A stretch of 63,962 bases of DNA, the filler included, from Sluysia triapertura (Eukaryota): NCBI GenBank assembly GCA_046118255.1. It is 5 parts of 5 records of this genome, joined end to end, with 100 filler letters (N's around TTAATTAATTAA, not from the genome) between each part and the next. Parts side by side here need not be neighbours in the genome. Positions count along the whole stretch, not along the records: positions 13,638 to 24,763 come from JBJNIA010188500.1; positions 24,864 to 36,640 come from JBJNIA010171701.1; 3 more parts are not named here. One strand, 5' to 3'. The first letter of the stretch is position 1. Every line of letters begins with the position of its first letter. A program made the translations under genes and the position numbers. The notes below the pieces were generated by a model. The model did no database searches. It saw only the letters and a program-made list of their open reading frames with translations, and was not told where the DNA came from. Below, one piece after another: positions 14,732 to 28,550 of the stretch.

Positions 14732-15125
14732 CTTCATTTTTTTCCGGTAATCTCGATATACGCCAAACTAAAGCCCGATATAAATGTTCATATTTAGCCA
14801 AACCTACACTTGTTTCTAAAACGAGGTTTTGTCCGTCAACTCCTGGTGAAACCAAAGACTGTGCAAACTGGGATATTCTTTCTAAACCTCTAATCTTACC
14901 TGGTCGCTTAGAAACTGAATGAGCAGAACCAAACTTTGTGTGTCTTTCAATTCTTAGATGATATGCCCATTCTTCTGGAATCGGAATTCGAATTTCAATG
15001 GCTTCACAATGTACTGCACCATGTCGGCGACTAGCGGAGAAGAAGCCTGGAACTGACAAATCACATCTAATATCTACTCGACTTCCGTCTATTTTTATTT
15101 GAACAGATGCAGATAGAGGTAACTC
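14732..15125 (-). CDS. stnB: Stonin exon, mu-homology domain
   Basis: ELPL...CEAIEIRIPIPEEW...RPGKIRGLERI...ETSVGLAKYEHLYRALVWRISRLPEKNE. Followed by a 41-nt intron (14691-14731). Confidence 0.93.
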
Positions 15126-16239
15126 CTAAATTACATTAAAACTACTATTTAAAGAGAGCATTAAAAATAAAATATATGTTTGGTTTTTAAAGACCACTTC
15201 TAACTGAATTCATTAATTTTGCATTCAATTTTAAAAAATAATTTTTGATTTTTCAACGTCGCTATCAGCTAAGACAAACATTAATTTGAAGACAGTGGAC
15301 AAAAAGATACATTTTTGTCAAAAAAATCGTCCATATATAAAAGAAATTCGTAAAGATTTGTTGGCACATACATCTAAATAATTTTACTTCAAAATTATTG
15401 AATCTTTATTAAAACTCGATCATTTTACGCGATCATTTCGCAATAATTAGTGTACGTTTTTATATTTTTCAAAATTTAAGTACTTTTAAAAAATTAATAC
15501 TTCTGTTAATGTGTTCACAAATTCGCTTTTGTTATTATTGTTATTTGTTATCACATAATGTAGTATAATGTTGTCAAAATGTAGTATAGAAAGAAATAAA
15601 AAGAAAAATATATACGAAAGATAATTTCTAAATCATCATATTTATAATACGCGATCATCATACTAATTAGTATATGAGAAAACACTTAAGACAAAATAAT
15701 CTCACAATTGGTGTAGTCAAGTACAATTTTAGTCAGTAAAACAAACAAACCAACCAAGCTAGAGAGAAGCAAAGTCTAAAGTAATTAAATTATCGTTAGT
15801 TTGTTAATTTATAAGATTTCATCATTTTAAAATAATGAGAAAATATAGGTAAAATCTTCATAATTTATTTTTAAATTATTAAAAATCATTTTTAAAACCA
15901 ATTCTACCTTATTTAAAGATAAATATCTTTATTTTTATATATATTACCTGGCACTAATTGTTATAAAAATATTAATTCACATGGTATTAACAGAACTTAT
16001 CATTTATTAAACCCTCTGAAATATATAATTAAAAACGGAGTAAAATCATTCATTTATACCTCATTTTAATACCGACACTATAATTATTACGTAAACATAT
16101 TAAGAACTTTCGTGAGTTTCGTAGTAATTAACAACATACTCGCATTAGTTTGAAAATCCTGTGAATAAACTATTAAGTGTGTAAGTCTTAGATCATAGAT
16201 GAACTTATATTTACTTTAACATTTTATATTGGCAAACCA

Positions 16240-16293
<54 letters not shown>

Positions 16294-17190
16294 TTGAAAG
16301 CCAGTGCGGCCTACGTAGAAAATAAGTCATTTTATGAATGAAAAAGCTTACGCGATCTGCGAATTCAGTACTTAAATACTGAACAATAAACAGGAATATG
16401 AGAAGCACTTGATTTAAAAAGTTCAAAATAATCACATAAACAATACTATAATAAAAAGTTGAACCATTATTATAGAATCGATTTAATAGTAGTTTTTAGA
16501 AAATTTAAACAATGATTAATTGAGATGTTTAAGAATTATTAAAAGTTTAAAAAATGAAAAGAAATGAGTCAACATTATTTAATATTTATAACGATTAGTT
16601 TAATTCTTAAGAATATGCTTGTTATACAGCCTAAAATCGCAGTTAAAATCGTATTTAAATACATTTTGAGAGGAAACTTAGTCAACCATAACTTAAATCT
16701 CGGTTTATTATTAATTTTGTATTGCTCAGTTTCGTTTATAGAGGCAATGTTGTTATTTCGCAATATTATTTGGTTTTGATTATAGGTCAGATAAAAAGCT
16801 ATAATTCGAAATTACATATTCGGTTGAAATAAAACGGGTAAATTCAAATTTAGCTTATTTAGAAAGTTTGCCAAGAATTGAATTTAAAGAACGTCAGAAG
16901 AGTTACGATGGTCGCCGAATAGTGATTTTTGAAATAAACGATTTTGTACTTTATCATCTGATGGTAGTTAAGAGAAGTCAAGAGGTTTATTATAATAGAC
17001 ATTAATTTAAAAATGTTAGCATGCACCACGAAAAATATCAGAAATAATTTGAACAAATTACATTGCGGTGACAAAGATCCAAATAATTTAAAGGCAGGAA
17101 GATACTCCCAGAAAAGATGTTTCGGCTCATATTTGCAGGCAAAACGAAATGTACGATTTTGTAAAACAATGCAACATTTTTAAAAGTCTT
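16294..17190 (+). mobile_element. Decayed Tc1/mariner-superfamily (maT-like) transposase in a stonin intron
   Basis: Fragments HFMNEKAY...NNKQ (cf. FTDEKIF...FNKQN) and WSPNSD (cf. WPPNSPDL) lie in the expected order. Many stops. Confidence 0.45.
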
Positions 17191-18157
17191 CAATTTTACG
17201 AAATAAATAACAAAATGTCACTAAATCGAGACAGTTGCTCCACTGAATGACATGATTTACTTATATGTTGACATCAAACACTTGACACAAAGTATCACGA
17301 CAAAAACTCACTTCTTTTGATTTCATTTGTCAAACCAACGTAAATTAAATCTGGCAAGCCATATAAAGTTCCTAATCTTCTAAAAATGATCGATATGATT
17401 AACTTTATTTTTTTCTTCTATGTTTTAATAACTACATCTCATTTTAAAATAACATTTCCTCATATAACTAGCAACTTAATTTTTGATACAGTTTGCTCTA
17501 CTTTTAATAACATCTAACATAGAAAAACCATTTTCACTGCGAAATAAGTCAACGTTAGATTTTTGATTAAATATCACATTCTAGTTTATCCGATTAATCT
17601 TTGTTAGGAGTTAGATTTAATTAAAATTATAATTACCTGCGATATATCCATTAATTTGTATAACAAGACTCCAATTTCAAAAATATCACTTTGATCCAAA
17701 ATTATCTTACAAAACGTATTTTAATTAATTTAATTACGTTACTTGATCAATTTTATAACTTGAAACATATTTCAAGATTTTCACACCCGATTTAACATAT
17801 TTAATTTATTATTTTTTAATATTAAATTAAATTGCATCATTATCGTAAACTGAAAATTAATTCAGATTATGAATTATGCATTTTAATTTTAAAATATTAG
17901 ATTTTGTAAATTGAACTTATGTGGACAAGACCCAAGCGCAGTTAATACTTCTCTTTCTAACCTGCTTAACTTACAGCTTACGTAGTAACCCAGCATTTAA
18001 AGTGAAGTTTAAACGAAAAGAAAACTCATTATTTATTTGAAATTTATTTATTCAACAAATAATGTTTAACAATAAACATAACAATTCAAAAAAAACAATG
18101 TTTTTAATATTACAAACCCCCTTTTATTTAAACAAATATAATTATTAAAACACTAAC

Positions 18158-18539
18158 TCTATTTTCTCTTAAAGGCACTCTAAATCGCATAAGCTCAAAT
18201 TTACATCCGTCAAGTGGATAAAATTTTATCATATGATCTTTATTGTATTCGTCCATGTCAACACAGGAATGAAATTCTGGTTCATAAATTGAAATCCAAT
18301 CATCGTGCATTATCGGTATTATGTCTTTTCGACTAACAATCTCATTACCAAATCGCCATTTATCATTAATACCAAGTATAATGTGCGGTTGACCTGTAAC
18401 AAAAGCAGCAAAAAATATTCTTGTTCTAGCTTTTTGTTTCAGAATACTTCCATTTGAACTTAATTCACATTCATATTCATCATTTACATAGCAACACACT
18501 TCTTCTTTGGTATATTCTAATGACGCATCTCGATGTGAT
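18158..18539 (-). CDS. stnB: Stonin exon, start of mu-homology domain
   Basis: HRDASLEYTKEEV...KARTRIFFAAFVTGQP...LGINDK...EIVSRKDIIP...EFHSCVD...IKFYPLDGCKFELMRFRV is diagnostic of the stonin MHD. Splice phases are consistent. Confidence 0.93.
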
Positions 18540-20492
18540 CTATTAATTAATTATCTAAGTCAAGATTACGTTAAACAATGTTTTCTATTTAAAAGTAAAA
18601 AAAGCAATATAAATAAGAAATAAAGAACGAGTTTGCTGTTCAATATTGTTTATCATACTTTTTTATTTTCTAGTTATTGTTTATGTAAATAAAATGTTTG
18701 TTTCAACGAATTCCATCTATTTTATAAATTTATTTTTATAGAAAACATAATTACCTCAAATTTGCAAAAATCTAAGTCTTGGTAAATGTAGGAAATTGAC
18801 TTTAGAGTTGTGTAGAAAACAAAATGATACAATAATCATTTATTAAAATAAAATTTTGATTTTAAAATTTTAAAATTCTATAGTTGCATTTAATCTGTGG
18901 TTAAACGTATGCGCGGGATACCAGATCATCTAATAATGTTAAAATCTTGGAAATCTTAAAGTAGCTTTTAAATCTTTGAAAACCTTTAAAAATATTACTA
19001 AGTCTAAATTAATTTAAATAAAACCTTCAAACCAAAATTAAAATCTTAATTAAGAAAAATAAGTTTTATGAAACTACTCATGAACAATAAATAATATGTT
19101 AAATAATATGAACGTGTGTTTGGTTTTGTTTTAATTAGACCTTCTGATAGAGATATGATTTGATTGGGTATATATATGCAAGAAAACCTAAATAATGAGC
19201 AAAATCAAATTTAATTAATTTTCAAAAATACGACAAAATCATTTAAACTTAGAATGATACAATGAGGAAGGAAAAAATTTGTTTTATGAAAATAAAATTC
19301 TTATAAAATGTCTTATTTGAGTAAATATCCTTAAAATATTCCTATTTGGAAATTGGTTTTGTCCGAACTGCACTCGGGCCTGACGTTTTCCTGTACACTG
19401 ACGATCTCGAGTTTCGTTCGGGCAAGTTTTGTTTTAACTTGTACATTGTGATTTGCTACTTATTGAGTAAATTTATATTAATAAATGTAGTCAAATAAAA
19501 TAAAAGTCATAATTTTTTAACCCTTTTCTCAAAAAAATCCGACTGTTAGTGGTTATAATAAATTCTAAAATTAAGTGAAAATCTCTATTTTTAAAAGTTA
19601 TTATTTAATCAAATTTGTGCTTTTTAAACAAGTCCGATTTTCATAAGATTTTAAAATGATTCTTATGTTATCTTTTCTAAATGATTGTATGATAATAAAG
19701 TATAAAAATTTTCTTTGCAATTAAAAGTTTTAGACCACAAAAAATTAGAAACACAATTAATTTTGATGCGCCAGTAATGATAATTATGATAATGGCGACA
19801 AAGATCTAAATAGCTACTAATGATGATGATGATGATGATGATATTAATGTAAATATTTGTTTCTTTAATTATTTATAATCAATTAAGTTTTATTAAGTTT
19901 TATTGTAGATTAATTTAATTTAGACAAGTTAAGTTACTTATTAATATTACTTATTAAATTTTGTTAAAATTGTGTTGGATCATTTACTTATAATAGTCAA
20001 TAATAGTAAATTATTAATTGCACTTTCAAATCTCCAAAAATAATACAATACATTCGATTCCTTTTGAAATGATATTTTTAGCAACTGCAAGAAGCATGTG
20101 AACTTGATTACCCATCAAAGGCGACTATATAAAAGGAGAGAGTAGAAATGTTTATATCTGTGAAAAAGTACCGAATTTTTTGTGACAATTTTGCCAAAAG
20201 TCGAATAAACATGTTATTACAAAAATTATGTCTGAGGTCTTCAAGAGAACTCGCGTGGGCATTTAAGGGTTAATGTATTCGGTTATTTGATAAAATAATG
20301 TTGAAGTATTCTTATAAATATAATATTATCATGATCATTATTATAATTAATATTGTGATTATTATCATTATCATTATCAATATTTATATTATTATTATCA
20401 TCACTATTTAAAACATGAAGAAAATTTTAATATTTTTTTTATAAAATAAATTTTTATAAAATTTAAAACACTTTTAATAAAATATATCATAC

Positions 20493-20704
20493 TTTATTGT
20501 CATCATTGAATCTACAATTGCACACATTAAACTCCTCAAAGGTCTCTGATCCAGAGATCCAAATTTAACTATTTCGGTTCTAAGAGACATGTGATCAAGA
20601 ACCATGTTCATTTTAGGTTTATGTGATACTAAATTTTGAAGAGATTTAAGAGAAAACTTTTCCGTTCTCATGCCAACCGTTTCTTTGTACACCACATGAT
20701 TAAC
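20493..20704 (-). CDS. stnB: Stonin exon, stonin-homology domain
   Basis: VNHVVYKETVGMRTE...LDHMSLRTEIVKFGSLD...IVDSMMTI. CAG acceptor and GTATG donor; phase matches the next exon. Confidence 0.88.
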
Positions 20705-20742
20705 CTGTAATTAATTAAAATATTAAGTGAATATAAATTTAC

Positions 20743-20920
20743 TTTGAATATGTGTAACTTTCCATATTTATCATATTGTTGCATTTTATCCCTCGACAAT
20801 TGCATGTACGGTTCAAGACGCACTGTTTTATATGGTTGATCATCTTCTAAATTATCGAACAATTTCAAACATGGTCGATCTTTGTCTTCATCGAGTCTGA
20901 CATAAATTTCACGCCACCAT
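20743..20920 (-). CDS. stnB: Stonin (Stoned-B) exon, stonin-homology domain
   Basis: WWREIYVRL...KLFDNLEDDQPYKTVRLEPYMQLS...QQYDKYGKLHIFK. Canonical AG/GT boundaries, followed by a 38-nt intron (20705-20742). Confidence 0.88.
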
Positions 20921-23900
20921 CTTAATTCAAATAATAAATAAAAGCAATTTAATATTAAGTAACATATATATATACTACTTTAAAACTAACACCTACTGAG
21001 AGTATAATCTTATTCTAATTTAATTTACATACGTACTGATTTAATCAATATTTTTTACAATTGGCTGTAAAGCAGAAAATCAATATTAGTAATTATTTCT
21101 CATACTTTATTAATGGTTGACATTTATTTTTAGAAGAGGAAATAATAATTTGTACTTTTGTAGAATAAAGTCAATAATTTGTAAAATTAATGTTACTATT
21201 TATTGAAAATAAATAAATCGTGAATTTATTTCATTTTAATATTAGTTAATAATTAATAAAGAAATAGTTTATAAATATTTATAATATTCATTTACAAAAT
21301 TTGTACAATAAACGTAATAGAATTATTAAAACTATGTTTATTACTAAAATTAATCATAATTTTAATTAATTAAGGAAATTTAATATTTATTATAGTTAAA
21401 AACTACAACTTATTCGATGTTGTTTAAATTTTAAAGACATGATTATGTTGATGGTTCAACATTTATATTTAAAAGAGAAAGAATGTCACAATTTTCATTA
21501 TACATCAATTATTTCGATAAATTAAACTTATTACAAATTTGAATGCAAAAATTTTATTAATTAACAATGTTATCGAGCACCACATATGCTTCAACATATC
21601 GACACAAAATAATACAAATAATTATAAATTATCTATTTGTAAAAGTAAATATTGACAAAAAGACGTATATAAATTGATCGTACATTAAACAGATGAACTT
21701 TGTGAACTGCTAATTCTGAGGAATTTAAGTTTTTCATATAATAAGTAATCTTATACGGTGCAATCACATTCGCTTTAAGTAATCACAAGGTAAGATGGCA
21801 GTCTGGAAATAATATGTAAAATAACAGTTGGCGATCTATAATAACTAAAATTAAAATCATTTCAAAAATAGTATGAATAATAAATCGCATTCTAGAAATA
21901 ATTGATATGCATGAACTATAATAATATAAATTTCTTACTTACAATAAATGAATATATAAAATACTTATGTGAATAAGTATAATATAAATGGTCAAATAGA
22001 AGCAAAATATATGAAATAAAATTAATTATTATGAAGCAAATTTAACTATAGAGAAAAATGGATCACGAAGAAATTATCATAGAAGAGAATAAGTAAAATT
22101 TGAGTCAAGATATATCAGGAGATGCTTTCTACAACAAAAAGGAGCAAAAGATATTAGAACATACACGCTAGATTAATAGAGAAATCTAAAATTAGATTTG
22201 TGCATTGAATTTAATCGATTTAATAATTTCCTGCATACGGAATTTATTTTATTTGGACGTTATGACTCAACAGATAGTTGGATTAAAATAATTTATTGAC
22301 GTCATAAGGTCTTATTATTAGACAGAAAAAATATACTTTTATAATGAGTCATTTAAAATCACTAAACCAAATATTAAAAATATTTATAAATTATTTTGTC
22401 AAAACTTGAAAATCATTTAGATAATGATAAAATTACCTCAAATGTTGTTTCAACACAATCATATAGTTAATATAACAGAACATACTATAAAAATAACGAA
22501 AGAACTAACAACAAAAATGATAAAATGATTTAAGAATTAATATTTGAAAATCAATGAAAAGTCAATTAATAATTTTACATAATAAAAACAGTCAATACTA
22601 AAATAAATGAATCATAGATGATAAGAAACTAAAAGTCCGGAATTTGGGATACTACATATGGATTCAAAAATGAACATGGAAAAAAAATTAATTGCATTTT
22701 CCAAAAGTGTAAATACCAATTAAAGAGAATATCAAATATTAGAAAATGTATACTAATTAAGATGTTTTAAAACTAATAATATAAATTTTAATTATGGTGT
22801 ATTGTACTCAGTTTCATACCAAAAAGTGTGAAAATTGCAATTACTAATGAATCAAGTATTAAGTCTAATTTTCCAAGAACATCTCATACAACACTACTAA
22901 CCAATAAAAGTAAGAATAAAATTCAATATCGTGACGGAGATTAGAAATGTTGATCTATTGGAATCAAAATGATTTTTTAAAGATAATAATTTATGTAGAA
23001 TATACAGTAATAATAAGATATGTGATAGGTTATATACTGTTTGTTTCAAAAATATACAACCGGCTATCAGAAATATCAAATATTTAAGTATTTAAGAAGA
23101 CAAAGTTATATTTAAAAATTATTGTAATGAATGAATACTTATTTTATAATAGATATAAGCGCTGTAATAAAGATTAATGATTAAGAATTTATCATGGTGC
23201 TTAGGAAGTTTACGAAACAAAATAATTATTAGCTGGACATTTATTATTATTGAAAATTAAGGAAGGCAAAGATTCATTATTATGCATAAAGAATTTATCA
23301 TGGCACTGAGGTGCTTAAGAAAATCACTTATGGGCTTAAGGTCTTTATTGAAATCATTATTAACATTATACCACTTAAGGTTGTGATAAACTTTTAAAAA
23401 CAAAAATTCTGAGTAATCATTGTAGGCGCTTAAATTTTGTTTCTTTGGTGATTAATAACATTTATCAAAGCAAAGTTCATAAAAAGGTATGTACTAACAA
23501 ATCGAGAGTCCAAATTAATTATTATTTGAGCATTATCATTGAATTTGTTTGAACTTTTAATGATATGGAATTGTGAGTTGCATTGCTTAAGAGAGACTAC
23601 AAAACAAAGAAATATTAATTATTTTATGGAATTTGAACGTGATGTTATTAACATAAGGATTAATATAATTAATTACAATATATTTTAAAAGGTTGTCTTG
23701 TAATATTAACTTTAACATTATTATTGAAATGCTTCGTATAAAAATGAAATTATTTATAACTTTATTGTCTTTTACATATTACAACAGTTTTATTAAAAAA
23801 TAAATATAAATATAATGTATTTATTATATATTATTTATAATATAATATATAAATTTATATTCATAAGAATTTCCACTACTCTTTATTAATGTGTTCAAAA

Positions 23901-24688
23901 ACTTTAAAATGAAAAAATTTAGAAATTCGTTAACATTTAACACAAATTCACAAAAGTATTCGTTATCTTTTACATTAGTATTTGAAAAATTTTAAAAAAA
24001 TAAGAAATTCTGTAACATTTAATTCTTTACTAGACAAAAAAGCAAAAAACTTTTATTACACTATCATAACACATAATTCAATAATTACTTTTATTTTGTT
24101 AAGCATAATATCAAAGAAATACATAAATACAATAGTTATGTTTAATCTCATTAAACGTAAGATCGTAAAAAATATTCACTAATGTCATAATAATAATATT
24201 TGACAATTATTCACAAATGTTATATCACATGAAGTTACTGCATCTGGAACGGGTTTAGTTATGATATTTGTGTTCTTAGAAAAAGTGGTGATCTGATTGA
24301 ATTAATATTAGTAAACCATTTTATCTCATGGTGATCATTTTTGAATTAAAAATTAATAATTCTTATCTGAATAACCGCCAATGGATTTCAAACCAGTGGC
24401 GAGAGTAGTGATGAGTATTATTAGTAGTAGTAATATTATTGTCATCATCATAGTATTCATAATAATAATTATTATAATTATAATTATAATAATAATAGTG
24501 ATATTTATAGAAAGTAGTATATCTACTACTATTATTTAAAATATATTAAATTTTTAATAATAAAATTATTGTGAAAATTCTGAATATCTCTTGGAAATAA
24601 TAATATTATATGTAAAATGTGAATCACCACAATTATTATTAATGTAGATGAATATGTGAATAACAATACATAAGAATATGCCATAGGC

Positions 24689-24763
24689 CAGGGGTCTTCA
24701 ACCTTTTATACTTCTAGGAACCCTTCGAGCCCATGGGTTTCGTGAAGGAACCTCATGTTTCTC
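24689..24763. mobile_element. hAT (Buster/Charlie-type) element terminus truncated by a gap
   Basis: CAGGGGTCTTCAACCTTTT terminus, preceded by the 8-mer CCATAGGC, which fits the nnnTAnnn Buster target consensus. Confidence 0.7.
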
Positions 24764-24987
24764 NNNNNNNNNNNNNNNNNNNNNNNNNNNNNNNNNNNNN
24801 NNNNNNNTTAATTAATTAANNNNNNNNNNNNNNNNNNNNNNNNNNNNNNNNNNNNNNNNNNNNGATATTTTAATGAATAAAAGTTTAGTTCGTGCTACAA
24901 TTTTTATTGCTGTATAATATAGATCTAGAGCAAATTTCATTATAATTCATTAATCTAAAAGAATTTTAAATAAATTCATCTCTTACT

Positions 24988-25342
24988 GGTTCTGTTTAAA
25001 TAGAATCGTAGTAAAATCTTCATTAACAACGTTCCTGTAGTGGACGATAAATAATTGCATTTAATCAAAGCGTCAACTATTTAGTTTGGCAATTTAGTTA
25101 CAAGTTATAAAACTTACATAGTTTTAATTATTTTAAACTTATAATTTTAGTGAAATTTGTAATAGGTTTCATTTAAAAAGAAACCAAAGTAAAATGTATA
25201 AATTTATAGAGAACATTTATAAACTCATTAGAAAGTAAGCTGACATCTTTACGGTTTTCATTTAAAAAGAAACCATTTAAAATACGTAAAATTTTGACGG
25301 TTCTGTTTAATAAAGAACCATGATAAACTCGTTAAGAAGTAA
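24988..25342. repeat. Cluster of four ~21-bp imperfect palindromes GGTT..TTTAA..AACC
   Basis: Copies at ~24988, 25165, 25252 and 25299, with shared flanking sequence. Confidence 0.75.
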
Positions 25343-25772
25343 AATTTAAATTTCAAGCAAGATTTTGATTGACTACCGTAACTATTTTTTACTGTCACAG
25401 AATCAAATAGTACAAACGTATTACTATACTTTAACATCCTACGAACTAGCCGTAACGCGTAAGTCCAGGATAATTGGTGAACTCACACATTATATAAACT
25501 ATTTTATTGTATCAGTCAAAGCACAACATTAAATAACAATATAATAATAATGTAAATATAATAATATTAAAATAAAAACAATAATAATATATTGTTTAAG
25601 TATTTAAGTCTTAGTAATATTTCTTAAAACAAGATCTTTCAAAGTCATTGTACTTTTGACCTTCGACTTCTTTTTTTAAATTCTGTGTAGAAGTCACATT
25701 TCGCTGTACGTCTTTGATCAATTAATAGAACCACATCATTATAATAAATGACGTATTTTAGGTGTTTTTGAG

Positions 25773-25817
<45 letters not shown>

Positions 25818-28214
25818 TAATATTAATGACGAATTTGTTGACAATAAATCTTTTTCACACTAATATTGACTTTCAAATAATTTAAACATAATTAAATTTT
25901 AATACATTTGCTTTTCAGTTTATGTGATTTATGTAAAATAGAAGTCAGACCAAAGTGCTACTAGATATATTTAAATATTATCAAAAATTCGTCTTTAATC
26001 GCGAATATTTCATCTGAATAGCAATATTATAAGTATTATGTAATCAACATTTTTCAAACGAACATTTAAATAAATTAAATTACATTTTTCTCATAATCTC
26101 TTTCTGTGGTGAATAAATAATAATAAAATATCAATTTTAACTTTACTTTATTCAAATTTGTTTTATTTTTTAGGTTTGTAATGCATACCTTTATGTTTTA
26201 TATATCGAAAAATACTATTAAGAATTTTTTGTAAAAATAATTAAACTAATGTGAATTTGGAAAGTTATAAGAAAAAGCAGAAACCAGTAAATAAAATTTC
26301 TATAAAACACGTTCACATGCCAATTTAGCCATGTTTCATTTACCATTTGTATTTGTAATAATAAATTAGTTAAAATTGACAAATCTAAACTACCTAAGTC
26401 TTCCCGCAGATGTGGGAATAACTTACTAGTTTTCTCGCTATGAACTCGTTTTTAATATGAATTAGTTTAGAGAATTCTGATTGGTTGAGAATCGTTTATT
26501 GGTTAGAATGTATACTATATTAAATTGGATCTCGATTTTTTAGTTTTTTATAAATTTTTTATTTGCACGCCTACAATCCTAAATGAATAAAACAATCTTG
26601 AGTAACAAGTGTGCATTAGTTTGGCGAGGGCGTTCTTTTGTTGCAAACTTTAATTTTATGTTTTGAATAAATTAAACTAACAAAATTATTAAAAACTTTA
26701 GGAGTAAGGCCCTTTACAACAATTAAAAAGTATAAAGTATACAAATTAACCAATTTAATGAAAGGTTCAATGAATAAAAAGGAAACAAACAGAACAATAT
26801 ATAATAACATGCGTGGGTATATCAAAAGGTTCGATAAATAATTGCTGAATTTGTACTGCGTTTTAGTATCACCTAGCTTTGGTAGTGACATGTCTTTTAA
26901 AATTTCATTACATTTTCATGTTGAAGATTTAGGAGACTCATTTAAATTATGTAAAACTGATTTCATTAAAATGCTAGATGTTGACAGAACATTAGAATAT
27001 CCAATATCATCTACTAAAAATGATTCTGCTACTTTCAATAAATAAAATAAAAAATTATCTTCCTTATTATAACTTTCATTTCATCGTCATTATCATTTTT
27101 TGTATAAATAATTGATTTTTTAATTTCGGCCATTAATTATTATTAATTTTATAAATTTTATATTTTATAATTGCAGGTAGCAGCACTTAACAGTAACATT
27201 AGAATAATTATCTTGACTGATTTGCAACAACTTAGATTTAGATGTTGGAATTTCTTTAAAGTTTAACTTTTTAAAACATGCAGCTGAACTGTTAAATATT
27301 TTCACATGTATATGTTTCGTAATCATAAATAACAAAATTAAGCTATAGTATTATTAAATTATGATAACATTTATTTAGAGTTAAAGTTTTTTATATTTCT
27401 TTTGATTTGGTATTAAAAAATGACAAAAGTTTATTTGATAAAATATTATTAAAATAAGGATTGTCTAATTCATTTATGAGATTCAATTTACTAAAATAAT
27501 TACAAAAACTTGTGTCCTTAATATACAAATGATAAGGATAACGTAGAACACATATAATGGCTGAACAATTAAAATAATTTATAATTAAAATTTCCAGTTA
27601 TATTAATTTACTATGTATAAATTGTAAATGAATATTTTGATTAAACATTCTTGAATATGCTTAAGATACGATTTCAAAATTGAAATAAAATTTTACTAAA
27701 AATAAATAACACAAATGGTCAAAAAATGGTACTTGATATAAATAAGAGAATTGAATTGATCTCAAAAATGTGAATTGATATAGACGTGTTCTACTGAGAA
27801 GTGAAAATTCTGATATAAAAAGTTTCTGCATAATGTCGATAGAAAACATTCAAAGAAATTGTTATGTTCAACAAATAAATGCGTCGTTAGTAAAATATAT
27901 TTTAAGGTTAGATTATATAACATATTATGACATAAATGTTCTTGTTTTTATAAACTTTCATTTGTATTAATATAAAATATTTGTGATTATCTAAATTGTA
28001 TTTAATCAAAAGCAGAAAAAACACGAACTTTGATGACCAATAAAAAGCAACTAATTTTATTGCTCTATGAAATTTCCGTACACAATGAGAGTACATTTAT
28101 ATAATTTCTGACTGAAAAACTGTCATTGTTTGACAGAAATTAAATTAATTTTCTAATAAAAATTGTCATTGTTGACAGTAATCACGATAACGGTAATAAT
28201 AATGATGATGATAA

Positions 28215-28550
28215 TTAGTAATAATAATAATAATAATATTTTATTTGATTCTTGACGAATGCAAGGTTCACGCTAGATTGTTTAAACTTCAATGTTTCGA
28301 GAAGGATCATGTGTTGAGTATAAATGGACTTTCCAGTTTTATCATGGTCATTTTCTTTAATGTCGTGGTAGTATCTCCAGCTTCTACCAAATTTTAAGTA
28401 TATACCTAGTTCATTAGTTTGGAAGAGACACTGTGCTGAACAGTAACGTGAAAACGAAGACGAATTTGGACTAATAGACGTCGGTTTAATGATTACGAGA
28501 ATTGATACTTGCATCAGATTTATTCTTTTGGTTTTCTTTAATGACAACAT
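28215..28550 (-). other. 111-aa ORF of unknown function inside a palindrome-flanked cassette
   Basis: ORF track hit with raised GC. It ends in an (ATT)n tract and is bracketed by twin CTGTCA/TGACAG palindromes. Confidence 0.35.

Noticed and set aside
14600-14922. Plus-strand ORFs 14600-14797 and 14716-14922 (also 41669-41860, 42044-42247, 62333-62674, 6986-7189)
   Set aside because: Antisense shadows of better-supported coding sequence.
19521-20269. Complete piggyBac element between TTAACCCTT and AAGGGTTAA
   Set aside because: Only 5 bp of terminal complementarity, so the two ends probably do not belong together.
21700-23190. Purine-rich block ending in AAGCGCTGTAATAAA, possibly an old LINE
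   Set aside because: No convincing RT or endonuclease motif could be read.
24988-25342. CRISPR-like array
   Set aside because: Units are divergent, spacing is irregular, spacers are partly repeated, the context is eukaryotic and no cas genes are present.
26616-27040. Stop-codon reassignment suggested by in-frame TGA/TAA in long frames
   Set aside because: All well-conserved exons (stonin, cadherin, AGAP, NADAR) are free of internal stops and use TGG and CAA/CAG normally. Pseudogenisation is the simpler explanation.
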